From Eledone cirrhosa (Eukaryota), in NCBI GenBank assembly GCA_964016885.1, contig OZ024740.1, forward strand, positions 247,690,001 to 247,754,000: a stretch of DNA of 64,000 bases, read 5' to 3'. Of this stretch, positions 42,014-54,884 are shown one piece after another. The notes under the pieces are model-generated. The model was not told where the DNA came from. It ran no database searches and saw only the letters and a list, made by a program, of their open reading frames with translations. Each line of letters begins with the position of its first letter. The first letter of the stretch is position 1. The position numbers and the translations under genes are program-made.

Positions 42014-42826
42014 ATATATAATTAAGGTTTAGCAAATAAGAAAAAGTTTTAAAATAAATTTTTAAAAATTCACTGTACCTGCTATGGTTACCTTTACCGA
42101 ATGGTTTCGAGTCTCAAACAGAAATGGATAGTCCTTGCGGGCCTCCATTGAAAAGAAAAACTCTCGTCAGAAGGTTCTTTTCACTCGGAGAATATAAAAT
42201 TCCCGAGTTCGAATTACGAACTGGCGCTATTCAAAATTGTTCCCGAGATGAGAATGAATTATGTGGTAGCAATTCTGTCCAGTGCCGTGTGCAAAGAGAG
42301 AAGGCAGAGGCGGAGAGGTCAATCTACTACAACTATAAATAGCAACAGTCAAAACGACCAAATGTTATCTCGACCAGGGGGAGATTAATAATAATAAAGT
42401 ATATATCCCTACACGCAAAATACATATAGGGACACATGTATTATCCAACCGTATGCCAATGTGGTTCTATGGCAGGTTAATAAATTAACGAGCCAGAACA
42501 TATATAATCAAGGTTTAGCAAATAAGAAAAAGTTAAAAATAAATTTTTAAAAATTCACTGTACCTGCTATGGTTACCTTTACCGAATGGTTTCGAGTCTC
42601 AAAAATAAATGGTTAGTGCTTGCGGGCCTCCATTGAAAAGAAAAACTCTCGTCGCGAATTTTTTAAAATTTATTTTAAAACTTTTTCTTATTTGCTAAAC
42701 CTTGATTATATATGTTCTGGCTCGTTAATTTATTAACCTGCCATAGAACCACATTGGCATATGGTTGGATAATACATGTGTCCCTATATGTATTTTGCGT
42801 ATAGGCATATATACTTTATTATTATA
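42014..42826 (-). mobile_element. Non-coding HHR element: 485-bp period partial tandem plus inverted terminal copy
   Basis: 42014-42168 repeats at 42500-42653, and 42657-42826 is the reverse complement of ~42388-42555. HHR CCUU-CUGACGA-GAGUUUU...GAGACUC-GAAA-CCauucGG-UA-AAGG at 42091-42174 (-). Confidence 0.85.
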
Positions 42827-43411
42827 TTTATATATATATATATATATTAGCTTCCTTAATTTTTTAGCTTCCTTAGATTTATGCGTTAATGACTAAGGGC
42901 AACAAGGTACACAACCACCCGTAATTGCATGAGTAAATATGTATCTATGTATGTATGATATGTGAATATATATATATGTATATGTGTGTGTATATATATG
43001 CGTGTATATGTGTATGAGTGTTTATGTGTGTGTGTACATGTATGTGTGTGTACATACATATATATATATATGTGTATAGGTGTGTATAAGTATATATATA
43101 TGAATATATATGTATATGATTGTATGCACATATGTAGATGTATGTATATGTTTACATCTATTCATGCGTATGTATGTTTTTAATTGAGTATCAATATAAT
43201 TATACCTCTATCTATAATGTGGGTATATGCACTTTGTGATCTACGAAATTTATGCGTTTTGACTATATGTCAACATGTATTTATCTGAGTTTGATTATTT
43301 ATACATGGACATACTTGAAAGTATTTTAAGACGTACCATACGCTGTATTATACTATGTACAATGTATCACACTGTACTATATTATGTTACATTATATTAT
43401 ATTATTGTATT

Positions 43412-43603
43412 GGGCGGTGAATTGGCAGTATCGGTAGAGGGTCGGACGCCATGCTTTGAAGCATAGAGTTACGGCCCTTGCCATTCTGAGTTCAAATCCC
43501 GCCGAGGTTAACTTTGCCTTTCATCCTTACAGGGTCGATAAAATAAAGTACCAGTAATGTACTGGGTAATTTGCTGGCCTTGTGCCAATAGTAGAAACAA
43601 TTA
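43412..43603 (+). mobile_element. tRNA-derived SINE copy
   Basis: Matches the SINE consensus. Confidence 0.88.
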
Positions 43604-43997
43604 TATTATATTATTGTATTACTATATTTCATTATCTTATAATTTTCCTTTTTAATATACTATCTTTCCTGGCCATGACCTTAATTTATATTCACCTAAA
43701 AACTCCATACAACACAACTCAACATTTAATTTTTACATTCCTTTTAAACTTCACTATACCAGATACATTCAACTATCAATATGACAATCCCCTTTTTCCT
43801 AATAAATTCTTTATAGCATTTCTATTGTTAACACCATTCAACCATTCCTTTCAAAGGGTCATGACCTCAACTAAAGTGAATTATTTTTCATCTTAACATC
43901 ATATGCGAAAAAAACAATCTGATTGGTTTGTTCTTCAGCTACCTCCAAATTAGGTCATAGAACTCAATTTACTACTAATTTTGAATAAAATTCTCAT

Positions 43998-44133
43998 TGC
44001 TTTTGACAACAGCTGGTGATATTCATGTAAGTAAATATTTTCCTTATCTGATATTTTGTAACTAACCTTACATAGATCGATAACGAAGTATGGTTACGAT
44101 GTATTATCATCACCTAGAAACGATCGTAAAGCA
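43998..44133 (+). ncRNA. Type I HHR, U3-A8 core, ~105-nt helix II domain
   Basis: UGCUU-UUGACAA-cagcuGGUGAU...AUCACCua-GAAA-CGAUCG-UA-AAGCA. Confidence 0.7.
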
Positions 44134-44312
44134 GTGAAGTATATTTCTAATGACTTGAATTTTTATTTCATTGTTTAACTTATATCATGACTCTGTTTCC
44201 CTTTTAATGTTTTATTGTTTTCCGGGATTTATTTTAACCTACAACATTTTCAACATATGGATTACATTGAGTTCTTCATGCAGAGTGGACCCCACAACTT
44301 ACCGTGGATATC

Positions 44313-44383
<71 letters not shown>

Positions 44384-44384
44384 G

Positions 44385-47300
44385 TTATATAGTAAGGTGT
44401 ATTATTGGTTGTGTAAAATGGTCCAATAACTTTATGTTAACAATATTAAGTTCTCCACGCTTTTGTATATCTCCAATTCCATTCGAGGGAACAGCTAGAT
44501 GATGTAAAACGGAGTATAAGTATCAAAATGAAAATCCGAAGGCAAGGTAAAATTCCAATCATTTAATCACGACACATAAGAGATAGATCGATTGTGTAGC
44601 CATGATCGATTATCACTGATCTCATCAGGTGAAAATGAATTGTCTTCAAATTCTTGATATGAGGGAGAAAAAATAACGATGTTCTCTCACATAATTCATT
44701 CCCTCATATGGAGACACACCAGTCAGTCAGAGACACGGCGACTGCTATTAGCTTTAGTTGAGGTCATAAAAGTTTTCAGATTTCTATCGCTGCAAAAGAC
44801 GCTGGACATCAATCAAATCTGTAGGGATACAGTCAGTCACAGTTAAAAGTGAGTGGGTACACACACACTCCGCAAATACATACATCGGCTCGAGGTCAAA
44901 GAAAAATATATACATATATATACACACACATCAACACAGTATTAAACCCGTAGAATTAGCGTGGGTGGGTACACACACACTTTCACACACACCGAAGCGA
45001 TGTCCGAGAAAAAACAAATATAAGAATGTACCAACACAGCACTCACTGAAAAGTTAGTTCACAAAGCAACAGAAGCTATGTCGGTCAAATCTCAATTTGA
45101 CGATGTAAATTGGAAATATTGGGTTAACCAACGCTACACACATACACACACACGCGCGCGCGCAAGTAAGTTCAGTTCAGTCTTCTGCTATACGTGTATA
45201 GATCGAATTGTAACATCCATATCTTCAAGTGTGTGTTATGGTATATACACATCCGAATCGTCCAAAAAATGTGTGGGGGGTGGGGGGGTATGTCCGGGTA
45301 TATACACATCCATGTGAAGAGCAAGCATTCAGCTCATGTCGAACTCCTTGTGTACCGCTGTCCCGTTGAGAATCCGTGTCACCAAATCCGTGCGCCGTGC
45401 AAGCAACTGCAATGTGGGCCGGCAAAGGGCTCCGTGTAGGGTTGGGTATTGGGTAAATGCGTCCGCAAGTGCGATTTCCCGTCACATGGGCCAATGAGCT
45501 TTTAAGATAGTTGTTTGAGTGGTGGAGGTGTGTTATCCAACACAGAAGGTGAAGTAAGAAAACACAGGACAGTAAAATCCAAAGGATGTGCGTAGGCCCA
45601 TTAATGGTGTGTCAGTATTATTGTTCAATCCGTAACAGTGAGTCCTCCATGGTTAGATGATCACGCATCAAAACCTGGTGTAGTGTTCAGTCGGTAGGAA
45701 CGTGACAGTCGGAAATGTGGGAGCTCAATGTCTAAAGGAAACGGGTACTGTAAGTAGAGCTATGTATAGAGAGCGTAATCGGTCCTAACTAAGTGTGTAA
45801 TCAATCTAACTATTTACTAGCTAGGTATTCTAAAAGAGAGCACTCAGCTATGAGAACTCCGTGGAAACATGCCGAGTATCTTTGCAAGTGCGCAAACAAT
45901 CTTAGCCGTCTAACTACCTAAGTGTGTGACTGTCCGTTTGTTGAGAGAACTCTATGGCTAAAGTAGAGAGGGAGGAGTTACTGATAGGTTACCTTCCAAA
46001 AATCCTGCGGAAGGTTTTCGATGTTCTATGTTAACAGTTGCTGAAAAGTCTGCTCTTCTATTAACTAATAGAGGGCCGCCTCTAATAATATTAAAAGTTT
46101 CAGCTATACATAAATTGCAGACGCCAGTGCTGCCGTTATAAGGTTGGGATGAGCAAACTATGGACCAGGATAAGGAGTGCTCTATATTCTGATGTTTAAG
46201 CTTCCAGACTAATTCCGAAAGTGCCGGGCTATTTTTTTTATCTAATCTATTAAAGGTATGGCGGTGATTATACCATCTATCCTTAAATTCCGTGGCAGTT
46301 GCCTCAACATACCTAAAGGTTCTATAAGGAGTGGAGACCTTACAGTCGTAGACTATGTTTTTGGTAAGGCATTTTCCAGCCATGGGGCAGGTGGCGGTGC
46401 TTCTGAAGTTACATTTTTTGCTATCGATCTGGGTAGTTCCGGATGGACCACGGTACCTTTGGGGTCGGGTCTCAGTTCCAGTCTGCTCTATGGGTAAATT
46501 CCCTGGGGTTGGGGAGACCCGACTCGCCTCACGTGTATGAGTCAGTTCCTCAATAGAGCTGCCATTGTTCCTGCCATGCCTAATTCCCTCATTGGCTGTC
46601 CTAAGTCTACTAAAATTCATCTTAGCTATATTCTGAGCTATGTTACTAGTTGTGGAGTAGGACAGCTTGATGGTATTTCTATTGAATATTTTATAATATA
46701 TGTGCGATCTAGGGAAGCATTTGTCTAAGGCCCTAAAGAAAAGCTTAGCTATACTAGTGGTCAGGCCAGTGGAGTAAGGGGGATTATACCACAGGACTTT
46801 TCTAGTCCGATGCCTCTTGTTCCTACTAACTATATTAGAATTACCTGTATTCCTAGTAGTTACTGGGCTATTGCAACTGGAAATTATCTGTGGGTCGATG
46901 GTGTCCTGGGGTGTCACGATTGTGTTCGGAATCGTCCCAAGTCTCCAAGGCGGTGTACCCCCGTGCGACTATTGGGGTTACCCTCGATAGCTGGGGGTGT
47001 ATCCGCTATGCGTCTGCTACACCTGTCCCTATTCCCCCTACTCGACCCTCGTTCCATACTGCGTTCAACGGTAGTTTTATCGGTTCCACAATTAAGGTTA
47101 CCATTAGAATTTCCGCTGGCGTTACGTTGCTCAGACCTAGTGTTAGCACCTGGGTGGCTGTTTCTATTAGTACCAACAGCACTGGGACTAGGCGGCAGTA
47201 CAACATGAAGACTATATGAATCCTCCCTCGTATCCCGCCTGCTGTTAACTAGAGTGTCACTATTTAGGCCTAAGCTATCGCGGGCAATGTTACTTCTACT

Positions 47301-48340
47301 ATTTAATGGACGTTTGAATGAGATTCCCTCGCTATTCCTTGCGCGTTCCAGGGCGCTATTATAGTTATTCGAGATCTTATTAAAGGAATTGGAAGATAGT
47401 CCAGAAATTCTACTAGAGACGCTTTTGGTAATACCGTTAGTGACTATTCTAGGGTGGTTCGATTTTGCGTTGACATAGTTTAGATTCTCGTTGGGTTTGT
47501 GGTAAGGTTGGAAGTGTCCTGAATTGAGGTTAAGTGTAACATCTAGAAAATTAACTATTTTTAATTCTCTTCAAATACTATAATTAGGTCTATGCTCTTG
47601 AAGAATTTGCTAAGTTTTTTCCTCACCCTCTCTACCATACTATTATTATGGTACGACACAGTAAACAAGACGTTGTCATGGTAAGCGCCGCCTCCCAGGT
47701 GGGGCATTTCCGCTCCGAAACAGTCAAGGAAGTAAAGGCCCACCAGATCCGTCACCTGGGCCGAGTCAGTGGATCCCATGGTGATGTCGAAATTGTCTGG
47801 CCAATCCCTCCTAGTCCACAGGTCACCGTTGAATTCAATTAAGGTTTTCCTATCTAGGAGAATAATGCTAATTTCCTCGGATGTAAGGTCGGTGTGTAAG
47901 CTAGCAAAGTTAAGGGCCCTACCTAGAAGAGTTGGAGAGATTGAAGAGTAGTAATTAGAGATATCGAACTGTATAAACTTAGTGCTATTCTTATTCTGCG
48001 ATTTCTCAAACCAGTTAATTACCTCACTAGTTCCTGACCACAACTTGAGCTACGATCTCCTAACTAGAGTGGGGATTATTTTATCAAGGAAGGTTTTTAC
48101 TTACGATTCCTATGTCCGACTTCGAAGGGGCTATCTGCCTGACAGCTCTTAATGATTCAAAGTTCAATTTGTGGTCCTTCAGTAAAATCCTCGAGGTTAT
48201 AGGATGGAAGGGTTCGGTTTTATCCTTAATACCCAGTTTAATGATGACGCTATTGGCCTCCGTGTTAATTAAATCCAGGTTGGCCCGTGTAGTTTTTCTG
48301 TAGCTTTTCCTAAGTTCTCTGGTTGTCAAATCAATATATA
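44385..48340 (-). mobile_element. Large decayed PLE (RT, long linker, GIY-YIG, long 3' UTR)
   Basis: RILLKDHK.NF, PSKSDIG, FIQFDISNYYSSIS, FDITMGSTDSAQVTDLVGLY, decayed YHDN (for YRDD), VLWYNPPYS, KIFNRNTIKLSYS, CP..GKCL..NIVY, FKDRWYNH, CNLCIAE. Confidence 0.9.
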
Positions 48341-48546
48341 TATATATACAGCAACACTCATCTTTTTCCATTTCTCCGAGGGTTATAAACCCCACTATCA
48401 GGCTAGAAATTTCTTTAGTCTAAAATACGGTGAAAGCTTATAATTTCTAATTTCTAATTTCAAACTCGGGCACCGTTTCAAAAACATACTTACATGTTTA
48501 CGTTTATAATTTGCTTATATATATATATTATATATATATATATAAG

Positions 48547-48736
48547 GGCGGTGGATTGGCAGTATCGGTAGAGGGTCGGACGCCATGCTTTGACGTATAG
48601 AGTTACGGCCCTTGCCATTCTGAGTTCAAATCCCGCCGAGGTTAACTTTGCCTTTCATCCTTACGGGGTCGATAAAATAAAGTACCAGTAATGCACTGGG
48701 TAATTGCTGGCCTTGTGCCAAAAGTAGAAACAATTA
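48547..48736 (+). mobile_element. tRNA-derived SINE copy
   Basis: Matches the SINE consensus. Confidence 0.88.
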
Positions 48737-48759
48737 TATATATATATATATATATATGT

Positions 48760-48801
<42 letters not shown>

Positions 48802-48806
<5 letters not shown>

Positions 48807-49580
48807 ATAATAATAAAATTGAAGACTAAAATCCAAAGAGGGCTCGATAAGGAAAATATATATCAAATATCGTAGAGCAAATATTTATTAAAATAACAGA
48901 TTAAAGTTTAAGCAAAGAATCGCTGCTTTCACCCTTAACGGGATCTTCTGAAACTAACAAAGTCAATCTGTAAACGCAGAAATGGATATTTCAAAAAACG
49001 TTGCAACCGGAGGAAGACAGGAAGACGATACTTTGGTTCGTGGTAACGTTCGCTGGCAAAGAACGGGAAAAAACGAATAATACGTCATTAATAGGAGCGG
49101 TGAAAAACAATTACGCGCAAAGACAAAACCACGTTTATGGTATAAAAGAGGTCGTAGACTAATGTTCTCTTAGGTGGTGCATAGAGACGTTCTCTGGCAA
49201 TGAACGAAAAAACGAAGATAATAAGTCATATGTGGAGCGTGGAGAACAATAGCACGCAAAGACAAAACCACGTAAATGGTATAGCAGAAATCGTAGACTA
49301 AAATTCTAACTAGGAGACCAAATGAATCTCCGAAACGTGGTTTTGTCTTTGCGCCTAATTGTTTTTCACCGCTCCTATTAATGACGTATTATTCGTTTTT
49401 TCCCGTTCTTTGCCAGCGAACGTTACCACGAACCAAAGTATCGTCTTCCTGTCTTCCTCCGGTTGCAACGTTTTTTGAAATATCCAGTTCTTCGTTTACA
49501 GATTGACTTTGTTAGTTTCAGAAGATCCCGTTAAGGGTGAAAGCAGCGATTCTTTGCTTAAACTTTAATCTGTTATTTTA

Positions 49581-49586
<6 letters not shown>
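48802..49586. mobile_element. Non-coding fold-back unit (arms ~48881-49135 and 49333-49586) with an HHR-like motif in each arm
   Basis: Reverse-complement arms; AGUUU-CAGAAGA-UCCCguuaaGGGU-GAAA-GCA...UGC-UU-AAACU at 49514-49564 (+); internal ~135-bp diverged direct repeat. Confidence 0.8.
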
Positions 49587-49628
<42 letters not shown>

Positions 49629-49629
49629 T

Positions 49630-49975
49630 AACATCCCTTCCCTCCCCTCTTCTCCTCCTCCCCCCTCCTTATCACACGCACACACGCACCCACTTACACC
49701 ACCCACCCCACACGCAACTAACATCACTAACACCCTCCAACCCCACGCACACGTACCCACACACCCTCGTACACCACCAACTCTACACACCCTACCCCCA
49801 CTAACCCCCACTCACACCTGCATTCCACCCCTCCCCACCTCCCGTATACTAACACCCACTAACACCTCTTCACCAAACTACACACACACACCAGTACACC
49901 ACACTCCCTCCATAGAACCACACACACCCTTCTCTCCCCGCTCCACACTCACTCATCCCACTAACACCCCTACTA

Positions 49976-50036
<61 letters not shown>

Positions 50037-50997
50037 CCTCACTCCAACTCTCACACCTACCCATCCTCGCCTCCCTACCATTCCGCCGACTGCTGCTATG
50101 CCCTTCCGACCACTGTCTCAGCACCAACTGACCACAGCACTTCCACTGCTGACCACTTCCTGTTGCGCGCGCACCCCACATCTCTCCTCTTCCGACCACC
50201 GCTTCTTGGATTACCCACACGCGTTTTGACTTCTAACCAAAATCTCCATACATCCGTGTAACTTACCACTTTTCAACCATCCTCTTACACCATCACCTAT
50301 ATAGCTCACCCACACACACATCCCAAAACAATTTTTTTTATCCACACGCCATCCACACCCACAACACGCTTAAACCACACACACGTGCTTCCCACCACAT
50401 ATTTACACCCTCAGCCCCCTGATTCCTCCCCCCCCCGACCCCTATCCACACACGCACAGACCCTCCGACCCACAAAAACACCCCCCACACACACCTTCCT
50501 GAACATGCAACCCCGTTCTTCCCCCAACCCTCACTTTAACATACACACACACACACACACACGCACACCTAACCACACACACCACCTTCAGCCCTCCCCG
50601 CTCGGACACCCCGTCTCCCTCTCCCCACTCCACCCGCCACTACCTCTACTCACCCCACACCCTTCCACCACCTGTTTACCCCCCTTTTAATTTCAGTTTA
50701 TTTTGATCATGCCTTTATTTTTAAATTTTCTCATTCCTTGTATTTTGATCATGCTTTATTTTTATTTATTATTTATTTTATTAATTATATTTTTGTCTTT
50801 ATTTGTTAATTTTTCATTCGCACCGTTTCCTTTCGCTATATGTCTCTCCACCACTCCCCTACACACCTTTTGAACTCTCACCTGAAGAAGGGCTTATGCC
50901 CGAAACGTCGTCCCCCACCTACCCCCCACTCTCCTGAGCGTGAATTTAATAAACATTTATCGTACTGCCTCTTTGTTCTGTCCCTGTTCAATTTTTC

Positions 50998-51000
<3 letters not shown>
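49630..51000 (+). mobile_element. Second copy of the C/A-rich PLE 3' UTR family with HHR core
   Basis: CUGAAGA-AGGGCuuauGCCC-GAAAC-GUC-GUC at 50882-50912; homologous to 27160-28258. Confidence 0.7.
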
Positions 51001-51054
<54 letters not shown>

Positions 51055-51062
<8 letters not shown>

Positions 51063-52135
51063 AGATCAAAAGATGGTTAAATGAGTTCCATGTATTTTAT
51101 TATGCGCATTTCAAAAACAAATATCATCATGCAATAACATTTGTGTTTTCATCAGATAAAATAGGAGGACATGATATGAAGGTTAAAAAACACTTGTGGA
51201 TAGTGCAGTTTTAAATCAACATATGAAAAGTAGTTTTAGATTGATGTGTGATATTGGGAAAAGAATTTGAGGAGGTGGGGGTTGGAAAGGATGAAAAAGA
51301 GGAGGAGATGAGAGTAAAAAGTGGAGGGGAGGAGTATAGTGAGGAAGGATGAGATAGGAGGAGAGATGGGTGATAGAGAGAGAGAGAGATAGCTTTTATA
51401 ACTGAGAAAAATATATTGTTTTACATATAGAGGTTGAAAAAACCGTTGGAAGATAATGTATAAATTAAAAGAATTTGAAAATTAACGAAGAGAAAAATAA
51501 TGTAAAGTTAAGGTTTGTATATTGAAGGGTTTAATAATATGTGCGATGAAAAGGAAATGTTAATATGTATTAAGAATAATATTTTAGGGTTTAATAATAT
51601 GTGCGATGGAAAGAAAATGTTGATATGTATTAAGAATAATATTTAAGGCTTTAATAATATGTGCGATGGAAAGAAAATGTTGATATGTATTATTAAAAAA
51701 ACAGAAGTAATGTAAGTAAGGATATATTGTGAGTTGAGACTGAATAAGTTAGATGAAAGGGAGAAAAAAATAATGAATAGAGGATGAATAATCTAACGTC
51801 AAAAAATGTTTATGTTTACGAAGAATTTTTTCAAGGTGATATGAAGTAATAATATGGTGTATTGTGTAGTAATTGTTTCTATGTTAGGCACAGTGAGAAA
51901 AGGTACAGATTAGGGGTTAGAAATTTTTTCCCAATATCACACATCAATCTAAAACTACTTTTCATATGTTGATTTAAAACTGCACTATCCACAAGTGTTT
52001 TTTAACCTTCATATCATGTCCTCCTATTTTATCTGATGAAAACACAAATGTTATTGCATGATGATATTTGTTTTTGAAATGCGCATAATAAAATACATGG
52101 AACTCATTTAACCATCTTTTGATCTTATATATTAT
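51055..52135. mobile_element. Non-coding fold-back unit with ~208-bp inverted arms (51055-51262 and 51927-52135), each with a canonical HHR
   Basis: UAUUUUAU-CUGAUGA-AAAcACAAAUGUUAU...AUGAUAUUUGUUUUU-GAAA-UGCGCA-UA-AUAAAAUA at 52025-52095 (+) and 51093-51163 (-). Internal ~59-bp tandem x3 at 51525-51695. Confidence 0.88.
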
Positions 52136-52321
52136 GTATACTCCAGTCCTACAAACTGTAGAGTGCTTCTTATCCGATATCTGCATTGCTTTATTGTACT
52201 ACAATAAAACTCACCTCCTACATATATATATATATGTGTGTGTATGACTGGCTTTTACTCTATTTTTTAGTTCATATGTATCACATCCGCAACAATGCAG
52301 CACGCCATTTTTCATCCCTAT

Positions 52322-54578
52322 ATCTATATATCTATATATATAAAACTGAGGTTGTTTGTCTGTCTACTAAAACCTTCGGCACACATCTCCTCTTAAACCG
52401 TACGTTCAAATTTCGGTGAAATTGCTACACTTATAGATGAAGGTCCGGCGGAACCATCGGTCAAATAAATTTTCAAATAACTTCTTGTTTTTGATTATGT
52501 CATCTATATATATAAAACTGAGGTTGTCTGTCTGTCTACTAAAACCTTCGGCACACATCTCCTCTTAAACCGTACGTTCAAATTTCGGTGAAATTGCTAC
52601 ACTTATAGATGAAGGTCCGGCGGAACCATCGGTCAAATAAATTTTCAAATCGACCCACGCCAAGTGTAAAAATCGAATTTGTAATCTATATATATAAAGC
52701 TGTGGCTGTCTGTCTGTCTATCGATTTTTGGCACACATCTCCTCTTAGAATCTCTGACGGAATTGCACCGAAATTGCTATACTTGTACATTGAGCCCTAG
52801 CGAAGACATCGAAACAAAAATATTTCAAATTGACCCACCCTATGCGACGAAATGGAATCTAATGTATCGATTTTTGAGCGTAAGTGACGAGTTATTTCCC
52901 TTTGTTCTGTTTACATTGAGCGTCTTACGTTCTGTTTACATTTTCTGCGTGCAAAAATTAAAAAAATTACGCTGGCTTTCTCAGCGTTTAAAATGACATT
53001 AACACAATACACGAACAGTTGTCGAGCCAGCAAAATTTTGACCTGCAAAATTCATCAGTTCGAACATTAAGCTTCCGTTTTGCTTCATTTCCATTTAAAA
53101 GCCTTTTAAAACAATATTTTTACTTGAAAACAAGTATATTTAAAGACTACGTAAAACAAGCAAATATTTCGTAAAAAAAAGCAAAAATTATATAAGTTTA
53201 TTTAAAATATATGTATCTGTAAATTTCGTTAGGCGTGCAGACAGACAGTCGTGCAGACAGACTTTAAGCCAAAAAAGAAACTTAACATTGTAACTTTAAC
53301 ACAGCTACTGAGCGACCCCGAGCAACGCCGAGCTTTACTGCTAGTATATATATAAAACTGAGGTTGTCTGTCTGTCTACTAAAATGGTCGGCACACATCT
53401 CCTCCTAAACCGTACGTTCAAATTTCGGTGAAATTGCTACACTTATAGATGAAGGTCCGGTGGAGACATCGGTCAAAAAATTTTTTTAAATCGACCCACG
53501 CCAAGTGCAAAAGTAGAATTTGTAATGTATTGATTTTTCAGTTCAAATGTATAAATAGAGATGAGAGACGAGTATTTGCCTTTTATGGCGTCATTCTGTT
53601 TATCTATTTACGTTACGAATAAACGACGCGTGCAAAAGTACCAAAAATACACGGACAGTTTTCGGGCCAGCAAAAATTTTAACCTGCAAAATTCATGAGT
53701 TCGAAGTTTCAACATTAAGCTTCTATTTCCATTAAAAAATGTTTAAAACAATATTTTTACTTGAAAACAAGTCTATTTGAATACACCGTAAAACAAGCAC
53801 ATATTTTGTAAAAAAAGCATTGATCTTGAATAAAGCCTTATGAGATTTTCATTTAGAAGCAATGATTTTAAACGACTGACAGTCGTGCAGAGAGGTGATA
53901 TAGGCGATAAAGTTGTGCAAACAGACAGTCGTGCAGAGAGGTGATATAGACGATAAAGTTGTGCAGACAGACAGCCGTGCAAAGAGGTAATATAGGCGAT
54001 AAAGTTGTGCAGATAGACAGTCGGGCTGATAGACGATGGAGGCATGCAGACAGACAGTCGTGTAGAGAAGTGATATAGGAGATAAAGTTGTGCAGACAGA
54101 CATTCGTGCAGAGAGGTGATATAGGCGATTAAGTTGTGCAGACAGACAGTCGTGCAGAGAAGTGATATAGGAGATAAAGTTGTGCAGACAGACAGTCGTG
54201 CAGAGAGGTGATAGGCGATAAAATTGCATTTTCCTTTTTTTTTTCATGTCCATCCAATTTCAAAATAACTGATAGTTTGGTTACGCTGATGTTTTTATCT
54301 GAGACAAGTGTTGCAGTGTTTACATTTTCGATTTTTTGTTAATAGATTACCAGTGCAGTTTTTATCCCCAGCATCCTCTTTTGTTTTAACATTCGGATTA
54401 TGGTTATGTTTTCTTAACTTCATAAGGTATACTGTTGGTTGAGGGAATATTAATCAAAGGTACCACATGAAAGTCTACACTGTAGACTCTACAGTTTTTA
54501 AGCCAAGAAAGGAACTTAACATTGTAATTTTAACACAGCTACTGAGCAGCCTCGAGCAACGCCGGGCTTTACTGCTAG
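52322..54578 (+). mobile_element. Head-to-tail cluster of non-autonomous Helitron-like elements with repeated 5' ends
   Basis: The 5' motif TCTATATATATAAAACTGAGGTTGTCTGTC recurs at ~52330, ~52503, ~52685 (variant) and ~53345. 3' ends cgagcaacgccgRgctttactgCTAG occur at 53344 and 54578. Confidence 0.7.
53873..54222. repeat. 46-bp minisatellite (~7-8 copies) inside the Helitron-like element
   Basis: cagacagacagtcgtgcagagaggtgatataggcgataaagttgtg repeated. Confidence 0.9.
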
Positions 54579-54723
54579 ACAATGATAAACATTGATTGCC
54601 AGCTGAATTAATCATAGAAATATCAAATGTACTGAAGTGAGAACCAACTCAAACCAAACAGTGTGTGTGGGTTTTACTATATATTTCTGGCAATAATATA
54701 ACAACATGACCCTCCTCAAATAT

Positions 54724-54884
<161 letters not shown>

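Noticed and set aside
44567-44633. HHR at the 3' end of the large PLE (- strand UCAC-CUGAUGA-GAU...GUC-GUGA)
   Set aside because: The GAAA box is missing (GAUC); at best a decayed motif, so not counted.
48547-48640. tRNA gene
   Set aside because: A and B boxes belong to the SINE head; no cloverleaf can be formed.
50840-52186. Identical peptide IIYKIKRWLNEFHVFYY... in two opposite-strand ORFs
   Set aside because: It is a by-product of the inverted arms, antisense to the HHR, with no coding evidence.
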